A stretch of DNA of 64,000 nucleotides, from positions 128,001-192,000 of the forward strand of contig JASFQK010000001.1 in assembly GCA_050115495.1 (NCBI GenBank). Reading direction: 5' to 3'. This stretch comes from Phycisphaerae bacterium. GTDB lineage: Bacteria; Planctomycetota; Phycisphaerae; UBA1845; Fen-1342. Below are positions 10,597 to 19,673 of the stretch, one piece after another. Numbering within the stretch: the stretch's first letter is position 1; each line of letters begins with the position of its first letter. Below the pieces are notes generated by a model, which was given only the letters and a program-made list of their open reading frames with translations, was not told the origin of the DNA and did no database searches. The position numbers were made by a program, and so were the translations under genes.

Positions 10597-13062
10597 TCAG
10601 CGCACGCGCAAATTCACCACGAACACCAGGGACTGCCCGTCATCCGTCGTTAGCCATTCGCCACCCGGTCCGCGGACGCCGACCAGTAGCGGGTGTTCGC
10701 CCCGGGGTGCGTCGGGCGGCAACGTGACGCTGACGGTCTCCACCACGATCTCCCCCGGCGGCCACGCGTGCATCGGATACGTCCTATAACACGACGGTCC
10801 GCGCCACTGAACGATCGCGTCGTCTCCGCCGCTCGTCGCGAGCCGAACCTCCACTTCAGTCCCTTCAGGCAACTCACCGCCCGCCAGCCGCCGCCAATGC
10901 AGCGTCCAGACGAGCTTCCCGCCCGCCGGCGCCGCCGGCAGGTCTATCTTCACCCCGATCAACTCCACTGCCTCGCCAAAGGTGCGCTCCACACGGATGG
11001 GCACGTCGAGCTCCGCTGCCGTCCAGCGCCACTCAGCCGCCTCCGCGCTCGACATGAGCACGTGCCAGAGCCGCCCGCAACCGCGATCGACGATGGATGT
11101 GACCACGCGAGGTCGGTTCCCGCCGGCGTCATCGGCCAGCGCTGCCGCCAGCTCCTCTTCTCCTACAACCGGATAGCGGTGCAGCACGGCCGCCGCGAAC
11201 TGAAGCCGCTCCAGCGGATTCCCCGCCGACGGACAAGGCCCGAGCGGATCCGGCGTTGCGCCGGGCGGCAGCGCCTGCCAGATGGCATAACTCTGCGCCT
11301 CGTCCAGCGACGTTGGGCTGTTCGGAAACACCCACCATCGCAGGAGTTCCATCGTCCGAATCTGGAAGCCCTCTGCCCACCCCTGCGTCCCGCCGTAGTC
11401 GGCGAAGTACTTGATGTCTTTGTCCCGCAGATACGCCTGCACGCCCTCTGTCCAGCCGCGCGGCAGATAGTCCTCGAAGTACTCCACGTCGTTCATCAGC
11501 CCGTCGAGGTTGAACACCCGGTGGTTCGGGGCGAAGAAGCCGAGCAGCCCCGCACTGAACGCACCAATCCGCTGCCCCGCCGGCAAACGCTCGTTAAACC
11601 AGCGGCCGCTCGTGACGAACGTGTTCGGCGCGGCGGTAGCCGCCCACGCGCCGGAGCGCCAGATCGGTTTCACGCCCACCAGTAACAGCAGTACCGCCGC
11701 GACTCCCGCCAGCAGCGAGGCCGTCCGCCCGGGCAACCCTCCTTCCCGCGCCTTCCCCAGCAGGCGCAGCGGTGCCGTCAGCACCTGCGCCACCCCGTAC
11801 ACACCCAGCCCAAGCAGCGACCACACCAGCAGCACCTCCGGCGTGAAATACCACGTGCAGTAGCGCGTGAAGTGCGGAAGCAGCAGCGAGAACATGCCGA
11901 AGTGCACGATCACGAACAGGACGAGCAGCGCCAGCAGCGTCTTGCGGGGAGACCAGAATCGCGGCGACCGGCGCCACTGCCAGGCGGACGCTGCCACCGC
12001 ACACAAACCACCAAAGCATGCCAGCGCCGCACACGCCGCCTGCAACCGCGGCACCCCGACCGCCAGACCGAACGCGCGGAACAGCAGCGCATCGACCCAG
12101 CGTGTCACCGGCGTCGTCGCCAGATCGCCGACGAAGCCCGCGTGCCAGCGCAACGCTTCAGCAGCACCGCCCGCAAACGGAAAGCCCCACTGGTCTTCAT
12201 AGAACATCTTGACCTTGCCACTGATCGGCGTGAACGTGCCGAAATACAGCTTGCTGAAGACACACCAGCCGCCCACCAGCAGCAAACCCGGCAGGGCGAA
12301 CAACACCGCGCCTGCCCAGTTCAGACGCCAGCGCGCCGCGCGTGCCGGGCTCAACAGCGAAAGCCATACGGCCAGCCCCAGCAGCACCGCCAACACGCCC
12401 CCCTCTACGCGGGCCAGCACAAACAGCGCCGTGAGTGTCCCGAGAACCAGGTGACCGCGCACAAGGTCGCTTCGAGTTGCGATACTCTCGCGTGGTGCCA
12501 GCCACGCCGCACCGTATGCCGCGATCAGAACCAGCAACAGACCATAGAGGCCGTTCTCCATACCCTGTAGCGCCAGCCGGTCGACGAAAGCGGTCAATAG
12601 CCAGCCGATCGACACGAACAAGGCGGCACCGCGATCCACACATGACAGTGCGCGATACAACAGCACGCCCGCAAGTCCCCACAGTACGGCGGAGAGCGCG
12701 CCCAGCAATCGCAGGAGGAACTCGTGGTCGTGGGTCAATCCCGCCAGAACGACAGCGATCATCGCCCACAACGGCTGCACGCCGCCGCTGCGGTGCTCCC
12801 CGTCAAAGGCATAGCCGTGGCCTGCGAGAAAATGCTCGGCTGGAACGAGGTAGTAGACGGCATCGTCGACGATCACGTTCCCGGAGAGTACATCGATCGG
12901 CAGGCTGCACAGGCGCACCACGCCGGCCGCATAGAACAGCACGGCCAGCCCCAACACGACAGCAGCGCCGCTGCGCCACACGCTGTCCGTCCGCGTGGAC
13001 CGCTCCTGGTCGCGCAGGTTCGCGACCGTCGGACTCGCTTCGTGCATCATCAACTGCCCCAT
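10597..13062 (-). CDS. polytopic membrane protein, probable GT-C fold glycosyltransferase with soluble C-terminal domain
   Basis: VDDAVYY, QPLW, GMENGL, LARVEG, PISGKVK, NLDGLMN motifs; many TM helices. Confidence 0.65.
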   Translation of the reverse strand: MGQLMMHEASPTVANLRDQERSTRTDSVWRSGAAVVLGLAVLFYAAGVVRLCSLPIDVLSGNVIVDDAVYYLVPAEHFLAGHGYAFDGEHRSGGVQPLWAMIAVVLAGLTHDHEFLLRLLGALSAVLWGLAGVLLYRALSCVDRGAALFVSIGWLLTAFVDRLALQGMENGLYGLLLVLIAAYGAAWLAPRESIATRSDLVRGHLVLGTLTALFVLARVEGGVLAVLLGLAVWLSLLSPARAARWRLNWAGAVLFALPGLLLVGGWCVFSKLYFGTFTPISGKVKMFYEDQWGFPFAGGAAEALRWHAGFVGDLATTPVTRWVDALLFRAFGLAVGVPRLQAACAALACFGGLCAVAASAWQWRRSPRFWSPRKTLLALLVLFVIVHFGMFSLLLPHFTRYCTWYFTPEVLLVWSLLGLGVYGVAQVLTAPLRLLGKAREGGLPGRTASLLAGVAAVLLLLVGVKPIWRSGAWAATAAPNTFVTSGRWFNERLPAGQRIGAFSAGLLGFFAPNHRVFNLDGLMNDVEYFEDYLPRGWTEGVQAYLRDKDIKYFADYGGTQGWAEGFQIRTMELLRWWVFPNSPTSLDEAQSYAIWQALPPGATPDPLGPCPSAGNPLERLQFAAAVLHRYPVVGEEELAAALADDAGGNRPRVVTSIVDRGCGRLWHVLMSSAEAAEWRWTAAELDVPIRVERTFGEAVELIGVKIDLPAAPAGGKLVWTLHWRRLAGGELPEGTEVEVRLATSGGDDAIVQWRGPSCYRTYPMHAWPPGEIVVETVSVTLPPDAPRGEHPLLVGVRGPGGEWLTTDDGQSLVFVVNLRVR

Positions 13063-13219
13063 GGCCGAACACTCGCCAGCTCGACCGCCGGCACTGAGGG
13101 CAGTGATAAACGCGAGGTGGTTTCGTCGTCAATTGGGATAGTAACTAATATTACGATCTTTAAAGTTTAAACTCTTGTTACCTCTAATCAATCCATCGAC
13201 GTCGCCTTGGCGAGTGCAG

Positions 13220-13249
13220 TTGACAGCGCAACCTCCACGTACGTACCTT
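13220..13249 (+). promoter_or_regulatory. putative parB promoter
   Basis: TTGACA-N18-TACCTT downstream of an AT-rich patch (13131-13195). Confidence 0.5.
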
Positions 13250-13270
13250 GCGCAAACCAAGGAGGTAACC

Positions 13271-14173
13271 ATGTCCAAACCCGCCCCGCGCCTCGGCAAG
13301 GGTCTCAGCGCCCTGATCTCCCCGCATAGCCCCCCTGCCGAGCCGCCCGCAGCCACCGAACCCAACGCCGGCAGCGCCCTGCGCGAGCTGCCGACTAGCA
13401 GCATCCAGGCCAACAGCCGGCAGCCGCGCAAGCAGTTCGATACGGCCGCCATCGAAAAGCTCGCCGACTCCATCCGCCGAACGGGCGTCCTCCAACCCGT
13501 CCTCGTTCGGCCCGTCCAGGACGGTCGCTTCGAACTGCTCGCCGGCGAACGCCGCTGGCGTGCCGCCACCGCCGCCGGCCTCGAGCACGTTCCGGCGATC
13601 ATCCGCGACGCCACCGACGCCCAGGCCATCGAAGTTGCCCTGATCGAGAATCTCCAGCGTGAGGACCTCCGCCCGCTCGAACGCGCCACCGCCTATCGCG
13701 AATACATGAGCCGCTTCGACGTCGGCGCCGACGACCTTGCTCAGCGCCTCGGCGAGAGCCGGGCAAACGTCTCCAATTACATACGCCTGCTGAAGTTGTC
13801 CGACGACATCCGCGCTATGATCGAGTCAGGCGAGCTCGGCATGGGCCAGGCCCGCGCCATCGCCGGCATCGAAGACCCGCAGCGCCAACTGGCCATCGCA
13901 CGACTGGCCGTTCGCCGGAACCTGGCTGTTCGGCAGGTCGAGGCCCTGGCCCAGGCGCGGCAGGTGGAGCACGAACGTAAGCAGGCTACGCCGGACGGCG
14001 CGGCGCGTCATCTCGAAGAGCTGGCCGGCGGCTTCAGCCGGTCGCTGGGTTTGCGGGTTCAGTTGCAGTCCGGCAAGAAGAAGAACTCAGGTCGCGTGAT
14101 CATTCACTTCGACAACCTGGATCAGTTCGATCGTATCGCCGAGGCTATTGGGGGTGCCAAGGCCGTGGAGTGA
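13271..14173 (+). CDS. parB: chromosome partitioning protein ParB
   Basis: LGKGLSALI, QPRKQFD, GVLQPVLVR, LAGERRWRAA, ALIENLQREDL, SRANVSNYIRLL; AAGGAGG RBS. Confidence 0.96.
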   Translation: MSKPAPRLGKGLSALISPHSPPAEPPAATEPNAGSALRELPTSSIQANSRQPRKQFDTAAIEKLADSIRRTGVLQPVLVRPVQDGRFELLAGERRWRAATAAGLEHVPAIIRDATDAQAIEVALIENLQREDLRPLERATAYREYMSRFDVGADDLAQRLGESRANVSNYIRLLKLSDDIRAMIESGELGMGQARAIAGIEDPQRQLAIARLAVRRNLAVRQVEALAQARQVEHERKQATPDGAARHLEELAGGFSRSLGLRVQLQSGKKKNSGRVIIHFDNLDQFDRIAEAIGGAKAVE

Positions 14174-14179
14174 CCCATC

Positions 14180-15040
14180 ATGTCGCACGAACGGGTTCCG
14201 GCGCAGGCCGGTCGCTTCTATCCAAGCAGCCGGACCGAATGCGAGAGCATGTTGGACGAGTTCGTAGCAGGGGCGAAGAAGCGTGACGGCATAGCGGCGA
14301 TCATCCCGCATGCGGGCTGGGTGTACAGCGGGGCGACTGCGGCGTTGGGGATCGCGGGTGTGGCGGAGACGCCTGCGGATACGGTCGTCGTCTTCGGGGC
14401 GGTTCACGTACAGACCCGGTCGGAAGCCAGCCTGTGGGCGAAGGGCGTCTGGCGAACGCCGCTGGGGGCGATGGACATCGACGAGGAATTGGCGGCGGGG
14501 ATTGCCACGTGCGACCACGTGAGCGTGGACGAATCTGCCCATTTGCGAGAGCACGCCATCGAGGTTGAGGTCCCGCTGATTCAGCGACTGCTCGGTGACA
14601 AGCGCATCGTGCCGCTCATGGTGCGACCGGGGCCGAACGGGCCGGAGATCGGCCGACAGTGCGCGGAGAAGGCGAGAGAATTGGGCAAGAAGGTTGTGTT
14701 CCTCGGCTCGACGGATCTGACGCACTACGGTCCCGGATTCGGCTTTGAGCCCGAGGGAAGGGGGGCGACGGGGATCCGTTGGGCGAAGGAGGTCAACGAT
14801 CGGCGGTTCGTGAAGCTCATCGAGGAGTTGAACGCGCCGGCGGTTGTGCCGGAGGCGACGGCCCGCCGGAATGCCTGCGGAGCGGGAGCGGTTGCAGCAA
14901 CCATCGGGGCAGCGTTGGAGTTCGGGGCGACCCGATACGAGGAGCTGGCCCACACCAGCAGCGCTGAAATCGAGATCGCCGAGGGCGGATACCCACTCAA
15001 TTCGGTCGGCTACGAGGCGGGTATATTCCTGACGAAGTGA
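14180..15040 (+). CDS. MEMO1-family protein (AmmeMemoRadiSam protein B)
   Basis: AGRFYP, PHAGWVYSG, WRTPLG, EHAIEVEVP, STDLTHYG, NACG, SVGY. Confidence 0.92.
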   Translation: MSHERVPAQAGRFYPSSRTECESMLDEFVAGAKKRDGIAAIIPHAGWVYSGATAALGIAGVAETPADTVVVFGAVHVQTRSEASLWAKGVWRTPLGAMDIDEELAAGIATCDHVSVDESAHLREHAIEVEVPLIQRLLGDKRIVPLMVRPGPNGPEIGRQCAEKARELGKKVVFLGSTDLTHYGPGFGFEPEGRGATGIRWAKEVNDRRFVKLIEELNAPAVVPEATARRNACGAGAVAATIGAALEFGATRYEELAHTSSAEIEIAEGGYPLNSVGYEAGIFLTK

Positions 15041-15047
15041 GCAAACG

Positions 15048-15063
15048 TGTTTCACGTGAAACA
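15048..15063. promoter_or_regulatory. parS centromere site
   Basis: Perfect TGTTTCACGTGAAACA (palindrome extends over 15046-15065), about 0.9 kb after parB. Confidence 0.93.
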
Positions 15064-15128
15064 CGCCCAACCCACCGGCGGCCCGCCGGGCGCCAGATCT
15101 ACAATTTCTATATAATCTAGAAACCACC

Positions 15129-15659
15129 CTACGGGGCCGCGATCGTCGTCAACCGCACCAGCTCGGCCTCCCGCTCGTACGGGCGGAGATAGTGCCGCTC
15201 GCGGGCAACCTCGCGCATTCCCGCGGAAAAATAGCAGGCCACGGCCGCGCGGTTCTCCGGAAACACCACGAGGCTGACCCGATTCGCCCCCCGCCGATGA
15301 AACGCCCGCCGCAACAGCGCCTCCGTCAACGCCCGCCCCACGCCACGGCCGCGCCTCGCCGGCGCCACCAGCAGATGACCCAGCCAAAAATGCCCCGCCG
15401 ACCGGCTGAGCACGTTCAACTCGCCATACGCCACGGGCGGTTCGCGCCGCGCCCGACAGAGCATTAACGGCTCATGTCCAGGCGTCGTCCAGTCGCGAAC
15501 CTGCTCCGCCGTGATCGGCGGCGGCGTCTTCGGTGCTAACCACAACGCTTCCGCATCGTCGACGACCCAGGACGCGACCAGGTCGGCGTACTGCGCGTCA
15601 AACGGCAGTAGCCGCAACGTGGACGCTTCCAGTGGTCGCCGGGCAGGGCGGGTTGTCAT
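15129..15659 (-). CDS. GNAT family N-acetyltransferase
   Basis: LLVAPARRGRGVGRAL, VFPENRAAVACYFSAG. Confidence 0.88.
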   Translation of the reverse strand: MTTRPARRPLEASTLRLLPFDAQYADLVASWVVDDAEALWLAPKTPPPITAEQVRDWTTPGHEPLMLCRARREPPVAYGELNVLSRSAGHFWLGHLLVAPARRGRGVGRALTEALLRRAFHRRGANRVSLVVFPENRAAVACYFSAGMREVARERHYLRPYEREAELVRLTTIAAP

Positions 15660-15767
15660 CGCCGAGGTCCTGGATTGCCTGGATCGCACCGCGCGAGATA
15701 ATGCTCGCCCGGGCGGGCGCGGCGGCCCGCGCCGGCCTCATTCTAACGAGTGCGGAGCAGGCATCCT

Positions 15768-16460
15768 ATGGCGGATCAACCGCAGCAGCTTCACGGCTAC
15801 CCGGTAATGTGCCGGCGGATCGAGGTCGGCGGGCACGTGTACGAACTGCTCGGGCCGGCGAACTACAACACGCTCGTCGACGACCCGCGCGTCGAGGCCA
15901 AGTTCGCTCGCGACGAGTACATGCCGTATTGGGCCGAGCTCTGGCCGGCGTGCCTGCTCCTTGCCGACGCGATCACGCAGTGGCCGGCGACGGGCAGTGA
16001 TGGTAAATTATTGACGTTACTAGATTTAGGTTGTGGCCTGGGCATAACCGCCCTGGTGGCGGTTCGCCGAGGCTTCTCCGTAACCGCTTCCGACTACGAG
16101 CCGGACGCGCTGAAGTTTGTGGCGGACAGCGCCCGGCGGAACGGCTTGGCCGTACCGACGCTCGAGTGCTTCGATTGGCGGGAGCGCTACGAGGGGCTCT
16201 CGTTCGACCGGATCGTCGGGGCAGAGCTGCTCTACGAGATACGGAACCTCCGCCCGATCGCCACGTTCATCAAGGCACACCTGCGGCCCGACGGGCTCGC
16301 GCTGCTGAGCGACGCTCGGCGAACGACGGCGGACGAGTTCGCCACTGTCGCGTGGGAGTGCGGGCTGACGGTTCGCGAGGAGGTCGGCGAACGCGCGGCG
16401 GAGGGAGACACGCCGGCGGTGCGCGGTCGGCTGTTCTACTTGCAGCACGCCGGCGCGTGA
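15768..16460 (+). CDS. class I SAM-dependent methyltransferase (protein/lysine methyltransferase-like)
   Basis: PYWAELWPA, LLDLGCGLG, ASDY, DW, IVGAELLYE. Confidence 0.88.
   Translation: MADQPQQLHGYPVMCRRIEVGGHVYELLGPANYNTLVDDPRVEAKFARDEYMPYWAELWPACLLLADAITQWPATGSDGKLLTLLDLGCGLGITALVAVRRGFSVTASDYEPDALKFVADSARRNGLAVPTLECFDWRERYEGLSFDRIVGAELLYEIRNLRPIATFIKAHLRPDGLALLSDARRTTADEFATVAWECGLTVREEVGERAAEGDTPAVRGRLFYLQHAGA
16004..16028. repeat. TAAR-N17-YTTA dyad, copy 3 (intragenic)
   Basis: TAAATTATTGACGTTACTAGATTTA encoded with AAA TTA TTG ACG TTA CTA GAT TTA codons. Confidence 0.7.
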
Positions 16461-16576
16461 GCGGAACGGCCGCTCGAAGCGGCGCATGTGGCGGGGGAGG
16501 ACACTTGGTCTGCGGGCGCCGGCTGCGGGCGTCCGGGTATCTTATGCCCCGGTGTCCGAATAGAGGGGTAAGAATA

Positions 16577-16601
16577 TAAATCCTTTTGTGATAAAGATTT
16601 A
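16577..16601. repeat. TAAR-N17-YTTA dyad, copy 4
   Basis: TAAATCCTTTTGTGATAAAGATTTA. Confidence 0.7.
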
Positions 16602-16654
16602 TCATATAATCCCCCAACGATCTTCCGGAATCGGGACCGGTCGCGCTTGACGAG

Positions 16655-16683
16655 TTGCAGCCGCTTGGAACTTACGCTATACT
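16655..16683 (+). promoter_or_regulatory. putative promoter of sigma factor gene
   Basis: TTGCAG-N17-TATACT. Confidence 0.55.
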
Positions 16684-16853
16684 TCACGAGTAAGGCTCCC
16701 CTGAAGTGCCGTGCCCGGCGCTAGTCTGGCTCCCCTTAGTCGGGCAAACGGCTTCTGCACCACAATTGTGTCGCCGCATTTTGCGGCAGCGCGCAGCGTG
16801 CCCTAATGGTTGCGCTGTGAGGCAACAGGGTCGTTGGGCCCTGTGGGAGGTTA

Positions 16854-17867
16854 GTGGTTGTGGGAACGGAGCAAGCAGTGCTGACGCCTCCGAGGGAGAA
16901 GGGTGAAGTCGTCGCCGAGCTGCGCAAGGTCGGGCCGGCGGCCAAACTGCCCGCGGGAGCCGTGTTGAAGTCGCTGTCGGCGTCGGATCGGCGGCTGCTG
17001 CGCCGGCGGGTCACCGAGCCCGTCGAGTGCATGTTCGATCCAAGCTTTCTTGGCTGGAATGGCCAGGTGGCGCGGCCGCCGAAGGAAAGCGACAACGCAG
17101 CGCGGGGGGCGCAGGCGAATGACGACAGTGGGCTGAACCTGTTGGGGAATGTGTGCTCGAGCGACGTCCGGTCGGACGACGAGAAGCACATGTTCCTCTG
17201 GTTGAACTACTGCCGCTATCGCGTCCTGCGGATCATCGAGCAGAACTCGGGGCAGCGGCTCACGGCGCAGTCCGTGGCCGAGCTGCTGCGCTGGGAGCAT
17301 GCGGCGGCGCAGGTGCGCGAAGAGCTGGTACGGTCCAACGTGCCGCTGGTGCTGGCGATGGCCAAGCGGGCGCGGGCGACGCGGGTCGACTTCGCCGACC
17401 TGGTCAGCGAGGGCAACCTGGCGCTGTTGCGGGCGGTGGACAAGTTCGACTGCCGGCGCGGCTACAAGTTCAGCACGTACGCCTGTCGCGCGATCCTGAA
17501 GAGCTTCTCGCGCGTGGCGACGCGGGCCTCGCGCTATCGCGGTCGCTTCCCGACGGAGTTTGATCCGACGCTGGAGAAGAGCGACCACGTCGAGCGAAAG
17601 CGCGTCGACGCCGAGGAAGATTGCCTCTCCGAGTTGCGGAGCATCCTGGGCAAGAACGTGGCCGAGCTCAGCGACGTCGAGCAGAAAGTTATTCGGGCGC
17701 GGTTCTCACTGGAAGGAACGTCCGAGAACGGCGAACCGCTGCAGGGCAAGACGCTCGAGCAGGTGGGGACGATGATCGGCGTGACGAAGGAGCGGGTCCG
17801 CCAGATCCAGAACAAGGCGCTCGGCAAGCTGCGGAAGGTGTTGGAAGACGGCTTCCTGCGGCCGTAG
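16854..17867 (+). CDS. sigma-70 family RNA polymerase sigma factor (regions 2 and 4)
   Basis: LVRSNVPLVLAMAKR, DLVSEGNLALLRAVDKFD..RGYKFSTYA, KTLEQVG...GVTKERVRQIQNKAL; GGGAGG RBS. Confidence 0.92.
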   Translation: MVVGTEQAVLTPPREKGEVVAELRKVGPAAKLPAGAVLKSLSASDRRLLRRRVTEPVECMFDPSFLGWNGQVARPPKESDNAARGAQANDDSGLNLLGNVCSSDVRSDDEKHMFLWLNYCRYRVLRIIEQNSGQRLTAQSVAELLRWEHAAAQVREELVRSNVPLVLAMAKRARATRVDFADLVSEGNLALLRAVDKFDCRRGYKFSTYACRAILKSFSRVATRASRYRGRFPTEFDPTLEKSDHVERKRVDAEEDCLSELRSILGKNVAELSDVEQKVIRARFSLEGTSENGEPLQGKTLEQVGTMIGVTKERVRQIQNKALGKLRKVLEDGFLRP

Positions 17868-17910
17868 ACGCGATGAAACGGGCGGCGCCGCGCGTCGCCC
17901 TGGCGATGAA

Positions 17911-17964
17911 ACCCGGACGGCAGTGGCGTCGGTGGCGACAAAACGGCCGTCCGGGTCTTTTTTT
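17911..17964 (+). terminator. intrinsic terminator
   Basis: ACCCGGACGGC...GCCGTCCGGGT stem followed by a 7-T run. Confidence 0.75.
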
Positions 17965-18082
17965 GTCCGCGTTAAGCCTGGGGGCCTCAAAAACGTTTGA
18001 CGCCAGAGCGCGGCGAGCCATACGATCAGATGCAAACCCTGTACGCCGCTGCGTTGGCTCCCGCAGCACTCCGGGATAACCA

Positions 18083-18817
18083 TTGAGTGGGCGTACCATG
18101 AACGTGGCCGTTGTGGGCCGCGGACGGAGTAATAGTGTGCCGATCGGGCAGGGAGTAGTTCCCGTGGTTCGCGACAACGCCGGAGAGCAAGTACTCGAAC
18201 CCGGTGGCGAGCTCGCCGGCGGCGCTGTTGTCCAGTTATTGCTCTCGCGTTGCACGCCTGACGGATTGACGGCCCTGGCGGCCTGCGAGGTGGGGGATAT
18301 GCAGTGTGCGGCGGTCGTGTGCCTGGGGATGAAGGGCACGATGCGGCACTGCTTGCCATTGGCGACGCTGCTGCATCACGAGGACGCGCGGCTGGTCGCC
18401 CTGGCTGAGAACAGCCTGTGGCAGATCTGGATGCGAGCGGGCAGTGATTATGGGAACACGGTTCTGGCCCGCGCCGTGGATCTGATTAGCCACGAGCGCT
18501 ATGAGCATGCCTTGCGCGTGCTCGACGGCTTGTGTGCCCTCGAGCCGCGTTTCGCCGAGCCGCGGCATCAGCGGGGCATCGTGCTGTTCTCCATGGGGCG
18601 GATCGCCGAGGCGGCGGCGGCTTTCCGGGCGGCGTTGCGGCGGAACCGGCATCACTTCTCGGCGGCGCTGAACCTGGGACATACGTTCGCGGAGCGTGGG
18701 AACCTGCGGGCGGCGTTGCGGCACTACCAGTACGCCTTGCATCTGCATCCGCGGCTCGAAGGCATTCCGGAGGTGGTCCGGGAACTCGAGGCGGCGCTGG
18801 GGCGCAAGGGCGCGTAG
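18083..18817 (+). CDS. HEAT/TPR repeat protein (start uncertain)
   Basis: AENSLWQIW, then TPR-like repeats (PRFAEPRHQRG, HHFSAALNLG, YQYALHLHP). Confidence 0.75.
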   Translation: MSGRTMNVAVVGRGRSNSVPIGQGVVPVVRDNAGEQVLEPGGELAGGAVVQLLLSRCTPDGLTALAACEVGDMQCAAVVCLGMKGTMRHCLPLATLLHHEDARLVALAENSLWQIWMRAGSDYGNTVLARAVDLISHERYEHALRVLDGLCALEPRFAEPRHQRGIVLFSMGRIAEAAAAFRAALRRNRHHFSAALNLGHTFAERGNLRAALRHYQYALHLHPRLEGIPEVVRELEAALGRKGA

Positions 18818-18831
18818 GCTGGGCGGCGCCG

Positions 18832-18888
18832 GGCACTGGTGGGCAAGCCACCAGTGGCACCCGCATGCGGCAAGCCATCGGTGGCACC
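18832..18888. repeat. REP-like palindrome plus degenerate tandem half copy
   Basis: GGCACTGGTGGGCAAGCCACCAGTGGCACC identical to 47167-47196. Confidence 0.8.
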
Positions 18889-18928
18889 CATCCGGATCCA
18901 TTCGGGGGAAAGGCAGGGAGTTGCGGCG

Positions 18929-19546
18929 GTGGAACGGGTCCTGCTCTATGGCGGGTCGTTTGATCCGATTCACTTCGGTCATCTGATTATCAGTCGTTGG
19001 GTCGCCGAGACGCTGGGGGTGCAGCGCGTTGTGCTCGTGCCGGGGGCGGTTCCGCCACACAAGCAGGATGTTCGGCTGGCGCCGGCGACGGACCGGCTGG
19101 CGATGTGCCGGCTGGCGGTGGAGGGGGATGCGCAGTTCGGGGTAAGCGACTGGGAGCTTGGGCAGCCGGGGCCGAACTACACGCTGCGCACCATCCGCCA
19201 CTTCCGCGAGGCGCTGGGGACGGGTGTGGAGTTGTGTTGGCTCATCGGGCTGGACAGTCTGCCGGAGCTGGCGACGTGGTATCACGTGGCGGAGCTGGTC
19301 GACGAGTGCACGATCGTGACCGCGGCGCGCCCGGGATATGAAGATCCCGACCTCGCGCGTCTGAATGGTGTGTTGTCGGCGGAGCAAGTGCGGCGGCTCC
19401 GCGAGAATGTGCTGGCCAGCCCACGTATTGATATCAGCGCCACGGAGATTCGAGCGCGGTTGCGCGCGGGGCGTGATGTGCGGTATCTCGTGCCGGAAGC
19501 GGTGCAGGCGTACATCGCGGAGCGGGGGTTGTATCGCGCGTTGTGA
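18929..19546 (+). CDS. nadD: nicotinate-nucleotide adenylyltransferase
   Basis: YGGSFDPIHFGHL, PPHK, LIGLDSL, ISATEIR. Confidence 0.95.
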   Translation: MERVLLYGGSFDPIHFGHLIISRWVAETLGVQRVVLVPGAVPPHKQDVRLAPATDRLAMCRLAVEGDAQFGVSDWELGQPGPNYTLRTIRHFREALGTGVELCWLIGLDSLPELATWYHVAELVDECTIVTAARPGYEDPDLARLNGVLSAEQVRRLRENVLASPRIDISATEIRARLRAGRDVRYLVPEAVQAYIAERGLYRAL

Positions 19547-19673
19547 CGCGCGGTACGCGGCGGGGGTCTTCACCGTCCGAGTATGTTCGCTATACTGGCG
19601 GCGCATTTGGGTGTGGATGGTCGCCGACCCGTTCCGGCCGGGGCGGCCCAGGGCGCTGCATAGCGAGGTAGGT

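Noticed and set aside
16740..16850. c-di-GMP-I riboswitch (GGGCAAAC present)
   Set aside because: Lacks the GNRA-capped P2 and GACGCAAAG elements
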